64,000 bases of DNA, taken from Callorhinchus milii (lineage: Eukaryota). A model generated the notes under the pieces. That model was not told the DNA's origin, did no database searches, and saw only the letters and a program-made list of their open reading frames with translations. Position numbers and translations under genes: made by a program. The stretch's first letter is position 1, and the number at the start of each line of letters is the position of its first letter. Shown here one piece after another: positions 51,811 through 64,000 of the stretch. Location of the stretch: NCBI RefSeq assembly GCF_018977255.1, contig NW_024704743.1, positions 27,654,001 to 27,718,000 on the forward strand, read 5' to 3'.

Positions 51811-53249
51811 CCCGTTCGGTCATGGCAGAGTGACCCAGGGAAACTGCTCGAGTGCCATCCTTCATTCTGATTTCCACAAAGTCGACAAGCAGAGATCAGA
51901 TGGTTATTCATGCACATCTGATTCTATCTATTTGCAAATCCTTTTGCTAATTCTACAATTCAGATCATGATTGGGTTCCTGGATGTCCATTATTCAGGCC
52001 AACATCTTATTTCTTAGTGAGCACAAAATGTTCATGAAAAGGAGTTAGATGCTTATCTTGTGAAAAAACTAAAAAAAGGAAAATATGGATTTATTGCAAT
52101 GGGGAAAGGAAAGATAACAAACTTTATTGCAGCAAAATGTTTTTTTAAATTTAATGACCTGAAAATCAATACAGCTTTTATGTAAAGGAACCACAGAAAA
52201 GCTAAACGAATGTTGGGTTTATGAATGATAACACTTTGAAGCATTTATTGAAGAGCACAAATAATTTGTTTTCCTTTTATTAACTTTTACCTACTCCCGA
52301 TGGATTTTCCATATTCGCTCTTGTTTTCATATCTCACTTGTGTCTAGACAGGCCACGTATCTGCCTACTCCTATATAAAATAAGTAGAAGCATCAAAATG
52401 ACATTAAAATAAATTTACCGGCCCCTGGAGATTTCTCCTGTCTGCCTTTCTTATTCACAGCCTGTGTCCGAGAGATTGCAATGCAGCCCTTCCTGTTGTG
52501 GGAACAGTCTTCCAAGATCTCTCCAATTCTAAATGTTCCTACATTTTTCGTTCATAAATGATGATATAATTAAATACTATTATGAAAAATAAACTTGAGA
52601 CAAACTGAACGTTTTGTCTGGTGGTTACAAAAATATGTCAAAAGCACAGCTCTTAAGGAAAATAATATAAATTGTCAGCCTTGTCTTCAAAACCAGAGGA
52701 AATGTAATACAGATTTTGGCATCAGCAGCTTTGGTCAGTTGGAAATAGGGGAGGAAAGAAGAACATCTGTAATAGGAAGTGATCTGTCAGCTTCTGTAAA
52801 AGGTAAGTGGCCCCATGCATTGGTATGATCTGGCTCATTGTAAGGCTGCTAACGTAATTTTAGTTGCATGTCACAATGATGATGGATTCAATGGAAGTGA
52901 GATGTAGCATGAAAACTTCACTGACAAATGTACAGAAAATTATAATAATAATACTCCAGGGTATACTGAAGAAAGAAATTTGTAAATACAATGAATATGG
53001 TCATATGTCTCAATACTATCACTGCACATAAAGCTTAATTCAAGAGTTCAATTTTAACACGTAGGACCACTGGCTTCATTCCTTAACAAAGAGCAAACCT
53101 GAAATGACATGAAGACTTGTGCTGATAGTGATTCACAGTTCTGTTGCATAAAACGTATTCAGTGGTGAGAGCTATGACGTAATCCATCCATCATATCCAT
53201 CCATCGTACGGTTTGGCTATCCGATTGCCGTAGAAGATTTTCTGTGGGG

Positions 53250-53725
53250 GACGGAGCCTTAGTCCATGTCGCAGATGACCAGGCGGGGGGAGAGGGTGTG
53301 GTGGTTGGAGAGGAAAAAAATGTTCGTGGACATGAAGTGAATGCGATTGGTTAAGTAGGACTCAAAGCAGACAATTGAGGTCCCACTGAGATGGATGAAG
53401 GAGGAAAGATATTGGAGGAGGATGATATGATCGACTATGTCAAACTCAGTGGAAAGATCCAGGAGGACAAAGGGGTAAAGGAAGCTCTGGTCACCGAGAG
53501 GGTGTATTTGTGAGTTTGTCGAGAGCTATCTCTGTGCTATGATCAGGGCGGAAACCAGACTGCAGGGGCTTGAGTAAGGAGTAAAGAGAGAGAAAGAGGT
53601 ATGAGCGAAGTTGATTTGCAGCAACACATTCCAGCAAGGAAAGGCAAGTTAGAAATGGGCTGGTAGCTTGTAAGGTTAAAGGGATTGTGGTTTTTTTGAG
53701 GAGGGGAGTGATGACAGCGGTACAC
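53250..53725 (-). mobile_element. Degenerate L2 RT fragment
   Basis: AVITPLLKK, YQPISNLPFL, LQSGFRPDHSTEIAL. Confidence 0.85.
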
Positions 53726-54798
53726 ATAATTAAAGTAATGCGTACATTATTTAACATAATGAAAACGTACCAAAATTATACAGAAAAGAATGGGAACAGG
53801 CAGTAACTAAAGATGAATAGGCATGTTTTGAAAAAAACACGAAGAAAATCTAAATTACATACTTAGTGAATAATTCCTCAGGTCAGGGCTACCTTTAAGC
53901 CTTTTTTTCAGTGAGGACACAGCACAACAACCGTGTAGCTAAAGATTTTTGACTACTTCCTTGGATTTTGGAAGCTCTTTATTCAAAAGAAGTCCAGACT
54001 ATTTAAACGGATATTATTAGAAGGAGGATGTAGCACCAAGATCAGAGTCATGACATGGGATTTTAATGAATAGAATTGGACTGCTGCAAACACACAAATA
54101 ATGAAGCTATGACTCACACTGCTCATTCGCAAGTTGTAATGAGACCTGAAGAATAGATAATGCACTCATGGCTGCGAATTCCACTCCGCTGACTTGAAAG
54201 TTGCAATTTAAAAAGTAATCCTGAGCCGTTTAGAAATAAGAAGGTGAAAAGTTTGATGGGTGATGTGATAACAATCGGTGAGAATTAGAACCATAGAAAC
54301 TTACAGCACACAATAAGTCAATTTGGCCTCTTGTATCTGTGCTGGCTCTTTGAAAGAGCAATCAGTTCAATCTTATTCATATGTCTTTTCACCACACCGC
54401 TGCAAAATTCTTCTTCTTTAGATATCTATCTAGTTCCCCATGAAAGCTAATATGGATCCTGCCTCAACCATTCCACATCCTGACAACTCTGTGTAAAAAA
54501 TAACATGATCTCCTTTCCTCCTCTTCTAATTATCTTAAATTGCTGCCCTCCAGTCATTGACTCAGCGACCAGTGAAAATCATTTCTCTATATCAATTCTA
54601 TCAAACCCCTAATCATTTTAAAGACTTACTTCAGCTCTTTCTGGCTACATGATCAAATTTACAGTAAAATCAGTTGACAACTAAAGACACGTGCAGTACA
54701 ATGGCCACTTTGTAAACAAATAGCCACCTTTAGCAAGAAGAAGGGACCAAATTCAAATGAGTAAACATGTTTGAGTTGTTTTTCTATCAAGCAGAACA

Positions 54799-55110
54799 TT
54801 AATAATAATAATGATTATAATAATAATCCTTGCATTAGATATACTGCCTTATCACGTCTTCGAGAAATCTCAAAGCACGTCACAGAATGTACTGTAAAGT
54901 GAATCGACTGATTATTTTTGTGGGTAAAACATGGCAACCAATTGCGCACAGCAGTGTCCCACAAACAGTCGAGGATTAAGTGACCAAGTTTTTTTTAAGG
55001 AATTATTACCCCTGGAAAAGTGATCCACCAATCGACTAACAACTGGGTTCCTGCTTATTGCTAGGTAAACAGAGGTGTGTGGAATAAGGAAACTTGACTA
55101 ACATTTCGAA
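54799..55110 (-). mobile_element. SINE family A, long form, head truncated
   Basis: Central domain and 3' module with (TTA)n tail. Confidence 0.85.
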
Positions 55111-55636
55111 ACTTGGCTTGGTTCAAGCATTCATTTTAAGGCACTTTCAAGTAAATTCTATGAAGTAGTTTGAGATGTCTTCTTGAAGTGAAATACACTG
55201 TATCAAATGCCAGGGTTATTATTATTATTTAAATTGTTTATTTTGGTAATCAAGTGAATTCATGGCCAAGCCACAGATGTCACAGAACTAAGAAACAGCA
55301 AACTTACAGGTGGGGAAGAGAGAAGGTTCAATATTTTACACAAGCTTGTAGAGGGGATTCCTCGAGTATGTAAGTCCATATTGGCTCCCCAGTCTGTGTA
55401 AAGCTTCAATATGCATTAACGTAAATTGAATTTCTGAGACTACAGGTGACACCTTCTGTAAGTTGTGTTATCAGACTCGTGTAGCCAGAGAGGGGACATG
55501 TTCTAATGATCCTCAAAATATAAGTATTTTATCTTTGCGGTAAAAATACATCAGTATTTTTTTCTTTCTTAAGTATAACATTTCCTAATACCACTACAGC
55601 ACTTTGAACTAACAATATTCCATTGTGCTTTTCTTC

Positions 55637-58600
55637 CAACAACAACAACTTGGGTTTATATAGCGCCCTCCATGCCGGACAGGGAGAAGGGGAGGAAGTT
55701 GACCAAAGGCGCGGTCAAAGAGAAAGGTCTTAAGCAGGGACCTGAAAATAGGAAGAGAGGGGCTGAGGTGAAGGGAGTGAGGAAGGGAATTCCAGAGCCT
55801 TGGGGCATAGTGGCTGAAGGCACGGCCACCGAGGGTGAAACGGAGGACGAGGAGGAGGCCAGACCCTGAGGAACAAAGGCAACGGGTACTGTTTTGAGGA
55901 GAGAGGAGGTCAGAGAGGTAGGGGTTGCAGAGGAGTGGAGGGATTTTAATACAAGGATGAGGATCTTGAAGTCAATCCTATCTGGGACAGGCAGCCAATG
56001 CAGTCTGGCAAGGACTGGGGTATCCGGGAAGCGGAATTTGGTGCTTGTGAGAGTGCGGGCGGCAGAGTTTTGAATGACCTGGATTTTATGGATGGTGGTG
56101 GATGCGAGATCAGCAAAGAGGGCATTAGAATAGTCCAGCCGAGAGGTGATAAAGGCATGGACTAGGGTTTCAGCGGCTTTCAGAGAGAGTATTGGCGGAG
56201 ATGGGCGATGAGTCAGAGATGGAAGAAGGTTCGGAGAGTTTTAAGGGGAGGTCGGGTAGGTGGAAGAAATGAGAGCCATGAGATTTTAGACGTTGAAGAG
56301 AGCCAAAGAGTATGGCTTCCGTCTTGTCAACGTTCAGCTGAAGGAAATTTGCACTCATCCAGCCCCTGAGATATGACAGGCAGGCTGACAGAACATCAGG
56401 GGACTGGGGTCACAAAGAGAGGTGGAAAAATAGAGTTGGATGTCTTCTGCATACATGTGGAAATGTTCCCCATGTCTGTGGATGACATTCCCCAAGAGGG
56501 AGCATGTAGATCAGAAGGAGGAGGGGGCCAAGGATGGATCCTTGGGGTACCCCGAGGTAACCGGGTGAGAGCGGGAGGAGAAGCGTTTGTGCAGATGTAC
56601 TGCTGGTGGTTTGTGAGGTAGGACTCGAACCAGGCAAGTGCGGTCCCACTGAGCTGGATGACGGAGGAAAGGCGATGGAGGAGGATGGCGTAATCGACTG
56701 TGTCGAACACCGTGGAGAAGTCCAGGAGGACAAGGATGCAGAAGGAGTCCTGGTCATAGATAGAGAGGATGTCATTTGTGACTTTCACAAGTGCAGTCTC
56801 TGTACTGTGGGCAGGGTGGAAACTGGATTGGAGGGGTTCGAAAAGGGAGTGGGAGGAGAGGTGTGCGCGCAGTTGGTTGGCAACAACGCATCTAGGACTT
56901 TTGCGAGGAAGGGCAGGGTAGAAATGGGGCAGTAGTGGCTGGGGTTTGAGGGATCTAGGGAAGGTTTTTTGAGGAGGGGTTGATGACAGCAGTTTTGAGG
57001 GGGTAGGGACTTATCCGGAGGTGAGGGACTGGTTGATGACGTCAGCCAATAGTGGGCAGAGGAGGGGTGCTGGGTGACCTGCAAGTTGGTGGGGATGGGG
57101 TCGAGGCAGCAGGTGGTTTCATGGAGGTGATGGTGGGTGAGTGGGTGGAGGGAGAGATTGGGAGGAAGGAATGTAGGATGGGGATGGTGGTAGGAGCAGA
57201 TGATGGGGACGTGAGGGGGACAGAGAGGGCATGGTAGTGGATGACAAGAGGCAGGCGGATGAGGCTGCCTGGCGGATGTTGTGAATTTTAGATGAAAAGA
57301 AGCCCATGACCTCCTCGCACTTGGCATTTGATATGAAGATTGAGGAGGCCTGAGAGGGGGCACGGAGGAGGTAGTGGGTGGTGGAAAAAAGGATTTTAGA
57401 GTTGTGTTTATCCTTCAAGATGATGTTGGAGTAGAAGGCGCATGTCAAAGGACAGCGGTAGCTATGGAGATGCTCGAGCCACAGTTGGCAGTGGACTGTC
57501 AGGCCAGTTTTCCGCTATCTGCGCTCGAGCAGCCAGGTTTGGGTTTTTTGGCGGCGGAGATAGCTGTTGTACCAGTTTATCGGGTGGGTTTGGAGATGGT
57601 CCTCGATTTCAGGGGGACGAGGAAGTTGAAGGTGGAGGAGAGGCGATCATGGAGCAGCTGGACGGCTGCTTCAGGATCTCCGCGGGTGGAAGACCAGGGA
57701 GATAGGATGTTTGATGATTTGAGGGCTTTGTGAGGGTCTCAGGAGGTAGCTTTTTCCAAGGGCAGTAGAGGATGGTTGAGGTGGAGGAGAGAGGGATGTG
57801 AGAGGAGAAGGAGATGAGGAAATGGTCCGATATGGCCTTGTCCTCTATGCTGAGGTTGAAAATGTCAAGGCCATGGGTGATAACAAGGTCAAGGGCATGA
57901 CCACGGTTGTCGGTAGGTGAATTTATATGAAGGGTGAGTTTGAGGGAGAAGAGGAGGGCAGTGAAGTCGGCAGAAGTAGTGCAAGGGGAGTTTAGGTGGA
58001 GGTTGAAATTGCCCATTATGAGCAGGCGCTTGGAGCAGAGGGACAGGGAAGAGAGGAGAGTAGAGATGTCTGTGTGGAAGGAGCCGGGGGCTTAGGGGCG
58101 GCGGTAGACAAGGAGTATTTTCAATGGGAGAGAGGGGTGGAAGAGGGGAAACAGCCAGAGGAGTAGGGGATAAGACCAACGGAGGCTTTGGAAATGAAGG
58201 CCACCCCGCCGCCACATTGATTTCGACGGGGGGGTGTGGTGGAATGTGTAGCCTGGAGGGGAGGCTTCCACTAGGGGGACGGGGCCATTGGGGCAGAGCC
58301 AGGTTTCTGTGAGCCCAAGAATGTCAAGGTGCTTGTCCAGGATGAGGTCATGGATGGTGAGGGCTTTATTTGAGAGGGAACGGACGTTTTGGAGGGAAAT
58401 GCGGGTGGGTTTGCTGGAGGGAGGAGAGGGACGAGAGACTGATGTGGAGAGGATTGTTGGATATACAGGAAAGATGGTTGTGGAGAGTGATGTGAGTGGA
58501 AAGTTGGGGAGGGTACATATGAGGGAAGGGGGAGTTGGGTTTGCCTTAAAGGAGGCAATTTGAGCGGAGGGAGTGAATGATTGGACACGTGGGTTTGCTG

Positions 58601-59040
58601 CTCTGGGACAGCCAGTGCTGGGAGTCATGATGGTCCGGGCGGAGGATGCCCAGGCTGGAGCAGAGGGAAGTGGTGATGGGGTCGAGGAGAGAGAGAAGGC
58701 GGGGAGGGTGGTGGAAGAGAAGGACAGAGGGGGAGTAGCGGATAGAGAGGTGTGGGAGGAGAGACATTTGGAGTGGAGGGGGAGAGGGAGGCTCGTGTTC
58801 GGGGTGGCAGCCAAAACGCGCAAGCAGAGACCGGGAGCGAGCGATCAGTGGGACGGCATCAGCCCTCAGGCTCAGCCTCGCAGGTCATGACTGGGATGGC
58901 AGTGGCTGGGGCTGCCAGGCCATTGTCGTTGTTGTTGCTGTTTTTTTAACTGTCACGCCGACTTCACTTTGTGATTCCCGCCATCCCGTCACTTACCCCC
59001 ACTCGCCCCCCACCCACCCCCCCGCGTTCTCGTGACTCCA
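55637..59040 (-). mobile_element. Near-full-length single-ORF L2 (APE endonuclease + RT), inactivated
   Basis: APE motifs LQNVRSLSNK, LGLTETWL, MGNFN, GHALDLVIT, ISDHFLI; RT motifs YCPISTLPFLAKVL, LLDFSTVFDTVD, GVPQGSILGP, FLQLNVDKTEA; (CAA)n tail at 55637; many frameshifts; 5' boundary approximate. Confidence 0.93.
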
Positions 59041-59637
59041 CTCCCAACTGAGTGGCTCCATTTAATGCAGGGAACGTAATGGCTTTTTAATTTTCATTTG
59101 GTCTTGGCTTATAGGCTACATAGGATATTGGCTGCCACGTTTCGTCCACAAAACAGTCAATTCACCTTACAGTATACTCTATGAAGCGTTTTGAGACATC
59201 TCAAAGATGTTCTAAGGCACTATATCAAATGCAAGGATTATTATTATATTATTGTATTATTACTCTGTACAAACTGGCTGCTGCATTCACCAAATTCACA
59301 CTGTTTCGAGATGACTCAACAATGTGATAAGGCGCTATATCAAATGCAACCATCATTATTATAATTGAAGAGAAGCATTGAACTTATTCAAGATACAGTT
59401 AATGCCATAATGGAAGAGGCAATGTACACTGGAGTATAAACTTCAAAGGGATGAATAGCTTTCTCATCGCTGACTTTTCTGATGTTCTGATATTCAATGT
59501 TCTTATCTGTTAGCTACTGGAGGGGTATTCTTCCCCGCTACCCTTGTACGAATGTTCTCATTCGAAAAAAAATGTTAAGAAGCCAATAAACGTATTTTAT
59601 TGGTTTGCAACGATTTGCCTAAAACTCACAGCGTGAG

Positions 59638-60152
59638 TATGTGTCTGACAAGTGTAGAAGCCAATCATCATGCTGAAGAGTATGTAAACCTGAATGAGAA
59701 TTCTGCATATGTTCACCGCCTACACATGGAAATTTCCTTGTATTTGGAATGGAATGTACACCCTCTCCCTGGAGGAACACATCCTGCTTACCTAATTCCA
59801 GACAGTCTTAGGTGTAGTTTGGGCAGAAGCCAAGGCTTGGGGACCCCAGAGAATCTGTTGGGGTACTGCTGGAGTTTAACCAGCTAAGCTGCATTGCTTG
59901 CCATTGAAGGCACTTGGGTTTACAAGAGTGAATGGGAAGAGACCATGTTCTTTGTAAACGTTCATGTCCAGTCTGGCTGGTTTAGCATCAGCAGTGTCCC
60001 GGAGTACTGTGGACCCTCCTGACTCAGGAACCAAACTAAAGAGGCCACCACAGAAGGTTGAATTGATTCCGACATTCTGTTCCCAAGCCAGGTCAGCTCC
60101 AAGGAGATCTCACTTACCTCCCCCCAAGGAGGACAGTCACTCATTGGTCATT
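59638..60152 (+). repeat. HERO-like 5' region family copy with an internal deletion
   Basis: Colinear with 9701-10457 and 34226-34760. Confidence 0.8.
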
Positions 60153-60591
60153 AGGGCTTTTTAACACAATGTGGAATATGCAAAGCATCCCCGTATGAGA
60201 TAAGGGAAATGCTAAACAGAGTATGTAACAATATATAATGTTGTTCTGATGTTTGTAATCTTACTTCATTTTGGTTTTGTTATTACTGTATAAAATCTAC
60301 AAAACAAAGAATTATCAAAATGCAACTGTGCTGTTCAGACCAAACACATTCTATTGCAATTGACTGGGGTATTGGTAAGAATTTTATATGTTATATTATC
60401 TAATTGAAGAGAATGTCATGCAGAATAAATCCACAAATAGTAATTGTACATACAAATAAATATTGGATTTCTTTTCAATGCATTATCTGTCACCAGATTT
60501 GTTTGTAGTCAAGAAAAGGCCTGGAAGTAATAGCAAACCTATCACCTTCAATGTCTAGGTAATATGAAAAAACAATTGAAAACTGATAGAA

Positions 60592-61023
60592 TGATAATAC
60601 TAATAATGCTGACATTTCATATAATTCCATAATGTTGAATAATATTGAAACAAGTATTCACAGTATCTTGTCAATGCAGTGACTGTTTATTTTGTAGCCA
60701 AAAGCGGAAGCCATTTTATGCACGGCAATTAATAACAGCCCTTAAGTGAATAACCAACTTTATCTGGAGGATTATTGGTCACGACATAGGAACTCCCTTC
60801 TCTTTTCAAATAGTATCATAAGATCTTTAATTTCCACCTGAACAGGCAGACGGGTCTTTGGTTTAAAGTCTCACCTGAAGGATGGCATTTCTGACAATGC
60901 AACATATCCTCACCACTGCACTGGATGTCAGCTTAGACCATGTGATTCCAAATCCCGATGTCGGGCTTGAACCCACAACCTTCTGATTCAGAGGCAAGAG
61001 CACTACCACTGCACCAGGCTAAC
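60592..61023 (-). mobile_element. Complete SINE family B (tRNA-like head, Deu-like core, shared 3' module); partial inverted copy at 61053-61290
   Basis: Minus strand GCAGTGGTAGTGCTCTTGCCTCTGAATCAGAAGGTTGTGGGTTCAAGCCC...GTCTGCCTGTTCAGGTGG... Confidence 0.85.
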
Positions 61024-64000
61024 ACATTAATAATCCACCAAACAAGATAAGATGCCTGTTCAGGTGGACCTTAAGTATCCCATGGTACTATTCGAGTATA
61101 GAAGGGAGTTTCTGTCCACTGTCCAACAATCCTTAAAATAAATTTGGTTATTCACTTCATGGTTTTTGTAGTATATAGGATACTTGTGTGCACAAACTGG
61201 CTGCTTCATCACCAAATTCACGATACTTTGAGATGACTCAACAATGTGATAATGCGCTACATCAAATGCAAACATTTTTATTATTATTAGAATAATAGAA
61301 GAGAAGCATTGAATTTAATTGAAATACAGTATAATGTCAAGATGGAAGAGCTGATGTATACTGGAGGAAAAACTTCAATGGGATGAATGGATTTCTCATT
61401 GCTGACTTCTTATGTTCTGATATTCAATGTTCTTTTCTGTTAGCTACTGGAGGGCTGTTCTTCCCTGTTACCCTTGTATGAATATTCCCATTCAAAGCAA
61501 TAATGTTAAGGGACCATTAAAAGTGTTTAATGATAATTTTGTTAACTCTGGACAAGGATGTCCTGTTTATACTCTGCTGTTTGCAGTGATTTGCCTAAAT
61601 AGCACAGCATGAGAGGCGAGCAAAATGAAGACAACCAGCCTATCAGTCAGAATTGGATTCAAACTTCATATTTTAGAGGTGAAAGGGTGGCAGGATAACC
61701 ATGGGACATACTTTGATGGTGCCCAAATGCACTATAATGTATGAGAACTAAGTCTTCAATTTTAATATTTTGGATAATTTGAGAAACTGCAATCTGCAAA
61801 AGAAAGACTTTTTATTTTATTCTTACAATGCTTCATCACATTGAAATAATCAAAGTACTTTCCAGAAATTACTGTCAAATGTAGTGACTGTTTTTGTAGA
61901 CAAATGCAGAAGCCATTTGAATATTTGAATATCCAGAAGCTATAAGCCATAGCATATAGTAGGGGAAATACAATTGACATCAATGTTATGAAGTTAATAT
62001 TCATTCAGGGGAGCTATCTAGTACCCACTTGTTGATGAAGTATATGAATGTAATCTTCTGTTGATGACAAGATTAGGCTAGACTTTTGATACCCTCCATA
62101 CTCAAAACAGCCTGCCATCACTTACTGAATGGGGTTCATTCAAACATGAAAAAAGCTTGGATGAGGTACTGAGGACATCCAACACTTATGGATCCCAACA
62201 TGAGTCAGCATTTGCAGAAAAGGAGGGGAGATAAATAGTGGGATAAAACAATAATACAGTGTACTTTGATAAGCAGTTGTTATCAGTGTCTCAGTCTACA
62301 GCTGAGCACACACAATGTGCTAATGAACGCAGGAATCAAGTGAGCTGAACAAGTCGATGAAAACACTGTAGACCATTCAGTAGTGATCTCCAAGGGGCAG
62401 GAAATAGAAAAAAGAGGGAGCCTAGCACAAAACAGATCCATATAAGAATATACAAGAAGTTATTCAAGATCAAAGGAGAAAGGACAAAAGAGTTCCTGAA
62501 ATGTTGTGAAACAAATCCAGAAAGTATGAAAGGATGAACAGGGTTGAGTTATTTACATTAGTATATTTGCGATGCTAATCTCAAAGGCATTGTTACATAA
62601 CTTAAGTGTTAAAAGGTTCAAGCGTGAATTTCTCTTTTGCATTTTAATATTCATTTTGTCGCAGCAAAGTGAGCTATTGCTTTAACTTGAGAAAGGACAT
62701 GCTACATTAAACCGTCCCATTATATTTTAATACAAGGGAAATTATATTGTAATAGCGTGAATGGAAGATATTTTGGATTGTTTTGAAACTGCATTCTGAT
62801 GACCAGGACGCAAATCATTGTTGCCTAGAAAGTTTCAAACCTTTTAACATACCCTGTAAAGTCTGTGATATAAGAAAACAACCAGCTGAATAACGGTAAA
62901 ATGCCAATGACTGGTGAGAGATTTTTTAAATACATTTTAATTGAATTCGCTTTCCTTCGATTTATTTCCTGTTTGCATTTGTAGCATTGTCTTCCCCTAT
63001 TAGAGCGGGCATTAAACACAAGGATTCAATAAATACAATAAATGCCACTCCAAGACTGGTGTTTTGGGGAATCATTACAATCAGATTTTTATCAGATTGA
63101 TAAATCTGCTACTTAGTCATTGAAAGGGCATTTGTGAAGAGAATGGCAAACAAAAAAGAGACAATTTCCCCCTAGGTTTGAATTGAATTGAATATGAATG
63201 CGTGACTAAAAGAATTATGCTGCTGTTGTGATAGAAAATGGTTAAATGGTGGGGGACATGAGAAATCGTTCCACTCTGCATTTTAAGAAACCACTTACTT
63301 GGGCTGAGCAATATAACCTCTTAACAGCAATAACAAGAGCCCCAAGACTGTGTTCAGTGAATACTCTGTATCTACTGTTGACTTTTTGCTTTAATATTGT
63401 GATTTCATTTTCTCCATGGACTATAACAAATCTGACTGCAGTATAATCAAATGGAATCAGAAAGCCCAAGCTCCTTTGCCCAAAGCCCAAAGTTGTTTGT
63501 TATCAGTGCCTATTAAAATTCCATATTATTTTGCATTAGCTGTGATTGTTTTGATGTTGTTTCCTTTTGTAACTCCCCACATTTATCAATAATAAAAATT
63601 AATCCTTAATTTTAATATAGCCTGCTTCAAGTTAGTTGGATGTCTCCAAGCATTTCACAAGATATAGTGTAAAGTGCAGTGACTGTGTTTTGTTGGCAAG
63701 TCACCCCTCAGCTCACACTGTGCTTTGATTGCCTTTTATCAGTGTTTAATTAGTAAATAATATCATCCCCAACAACAGATAGGTCTCAGTGTATATCTCA
63801 GCCATCCTCTGTTGCTCTGCTTTGGTTGCTTTGGTCCTGGGCGCAGATGGGTTTCCCATTCTCAATGAAAGATCACCATCTGCTGTGACTTCCCTGCATT
63901 CTACTCCCATGACATTGTGAATGAGGAATCCCACTCAGCCATTGTCCCCATTCATGGCATCACTGAAGTGGAAGGTTACATTGTCAGCGCACTGAACAGA

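Larger units (their letters stand above)
59269..61613 (+). repeat. Old local direct duplication (~59269-59637 versus ~61192-61613)
   Basis: Colinear similarity through a SINE tail, a CR1-like tail and unique DNA, e.g. ATGTTCTGATATTCAATGTTCTT(A/T)TCTGTTAGCTACTGGAGGG. Confidence 0.9.

Noticed and set aside
52876..52925. C/D box snoRNA-like ATGATGA...CTGA
   Set aside because: Only ~50 nt, with no evident guide or host gene
54118..54145. 28-nt minus-strand micro-exon with good splice sites
   Set aside because: Too short to distinguish from chance; no recognisable peptide
1..64000. CRISPR array, prokaryotic defence system or intact RT-based system
   Set aside because: No regularly spaced repeats; all RT sequences are frameshifted eukaryotic LINE copies

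Overview
Non-coding, repeat-rich window from a vertebrate genome. The repeat mix (L2 and CR1 LINEs, tRNA-derived SINEs including Deu-domain-like ones, a Penelope remnant) suggests a cartilaginous fish; this is inference from recalled repeat families, not a database result. I recognise no intact host protein-coding gene, true tRNA, rRNA or CRISPR array. Every protein-like ORF in the track maps to a decayed retroelement. Main contents: a near-full-length single-ORF L2 (55637-59040, minus), many 5'-truncated L2 and CR1 pieces, two SINE families sharing one 3' module, one RTE-like RT fragment and one Penelope GIY-YIG remnant. The best leads are: (i) about 10 copies of a repeat resembling the 5' end of an RLE-type (HERO-like) retrotransposon with no matching 3' ends, carrying a recurring hairpin module; (ii) a ~390-bp L2 derivative joining the 5' end directly to the 3' end; (iii) an 80-bp near-perfect inverted duplication of otherwise unique DNA; (iv) fold-back palindromes at L2 5' junctions; (v) an old ~0.4-kb local direct duplication. 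I cannot support a claim of a clearly novel biological system. Repeat boundaries are by-eye estimates.
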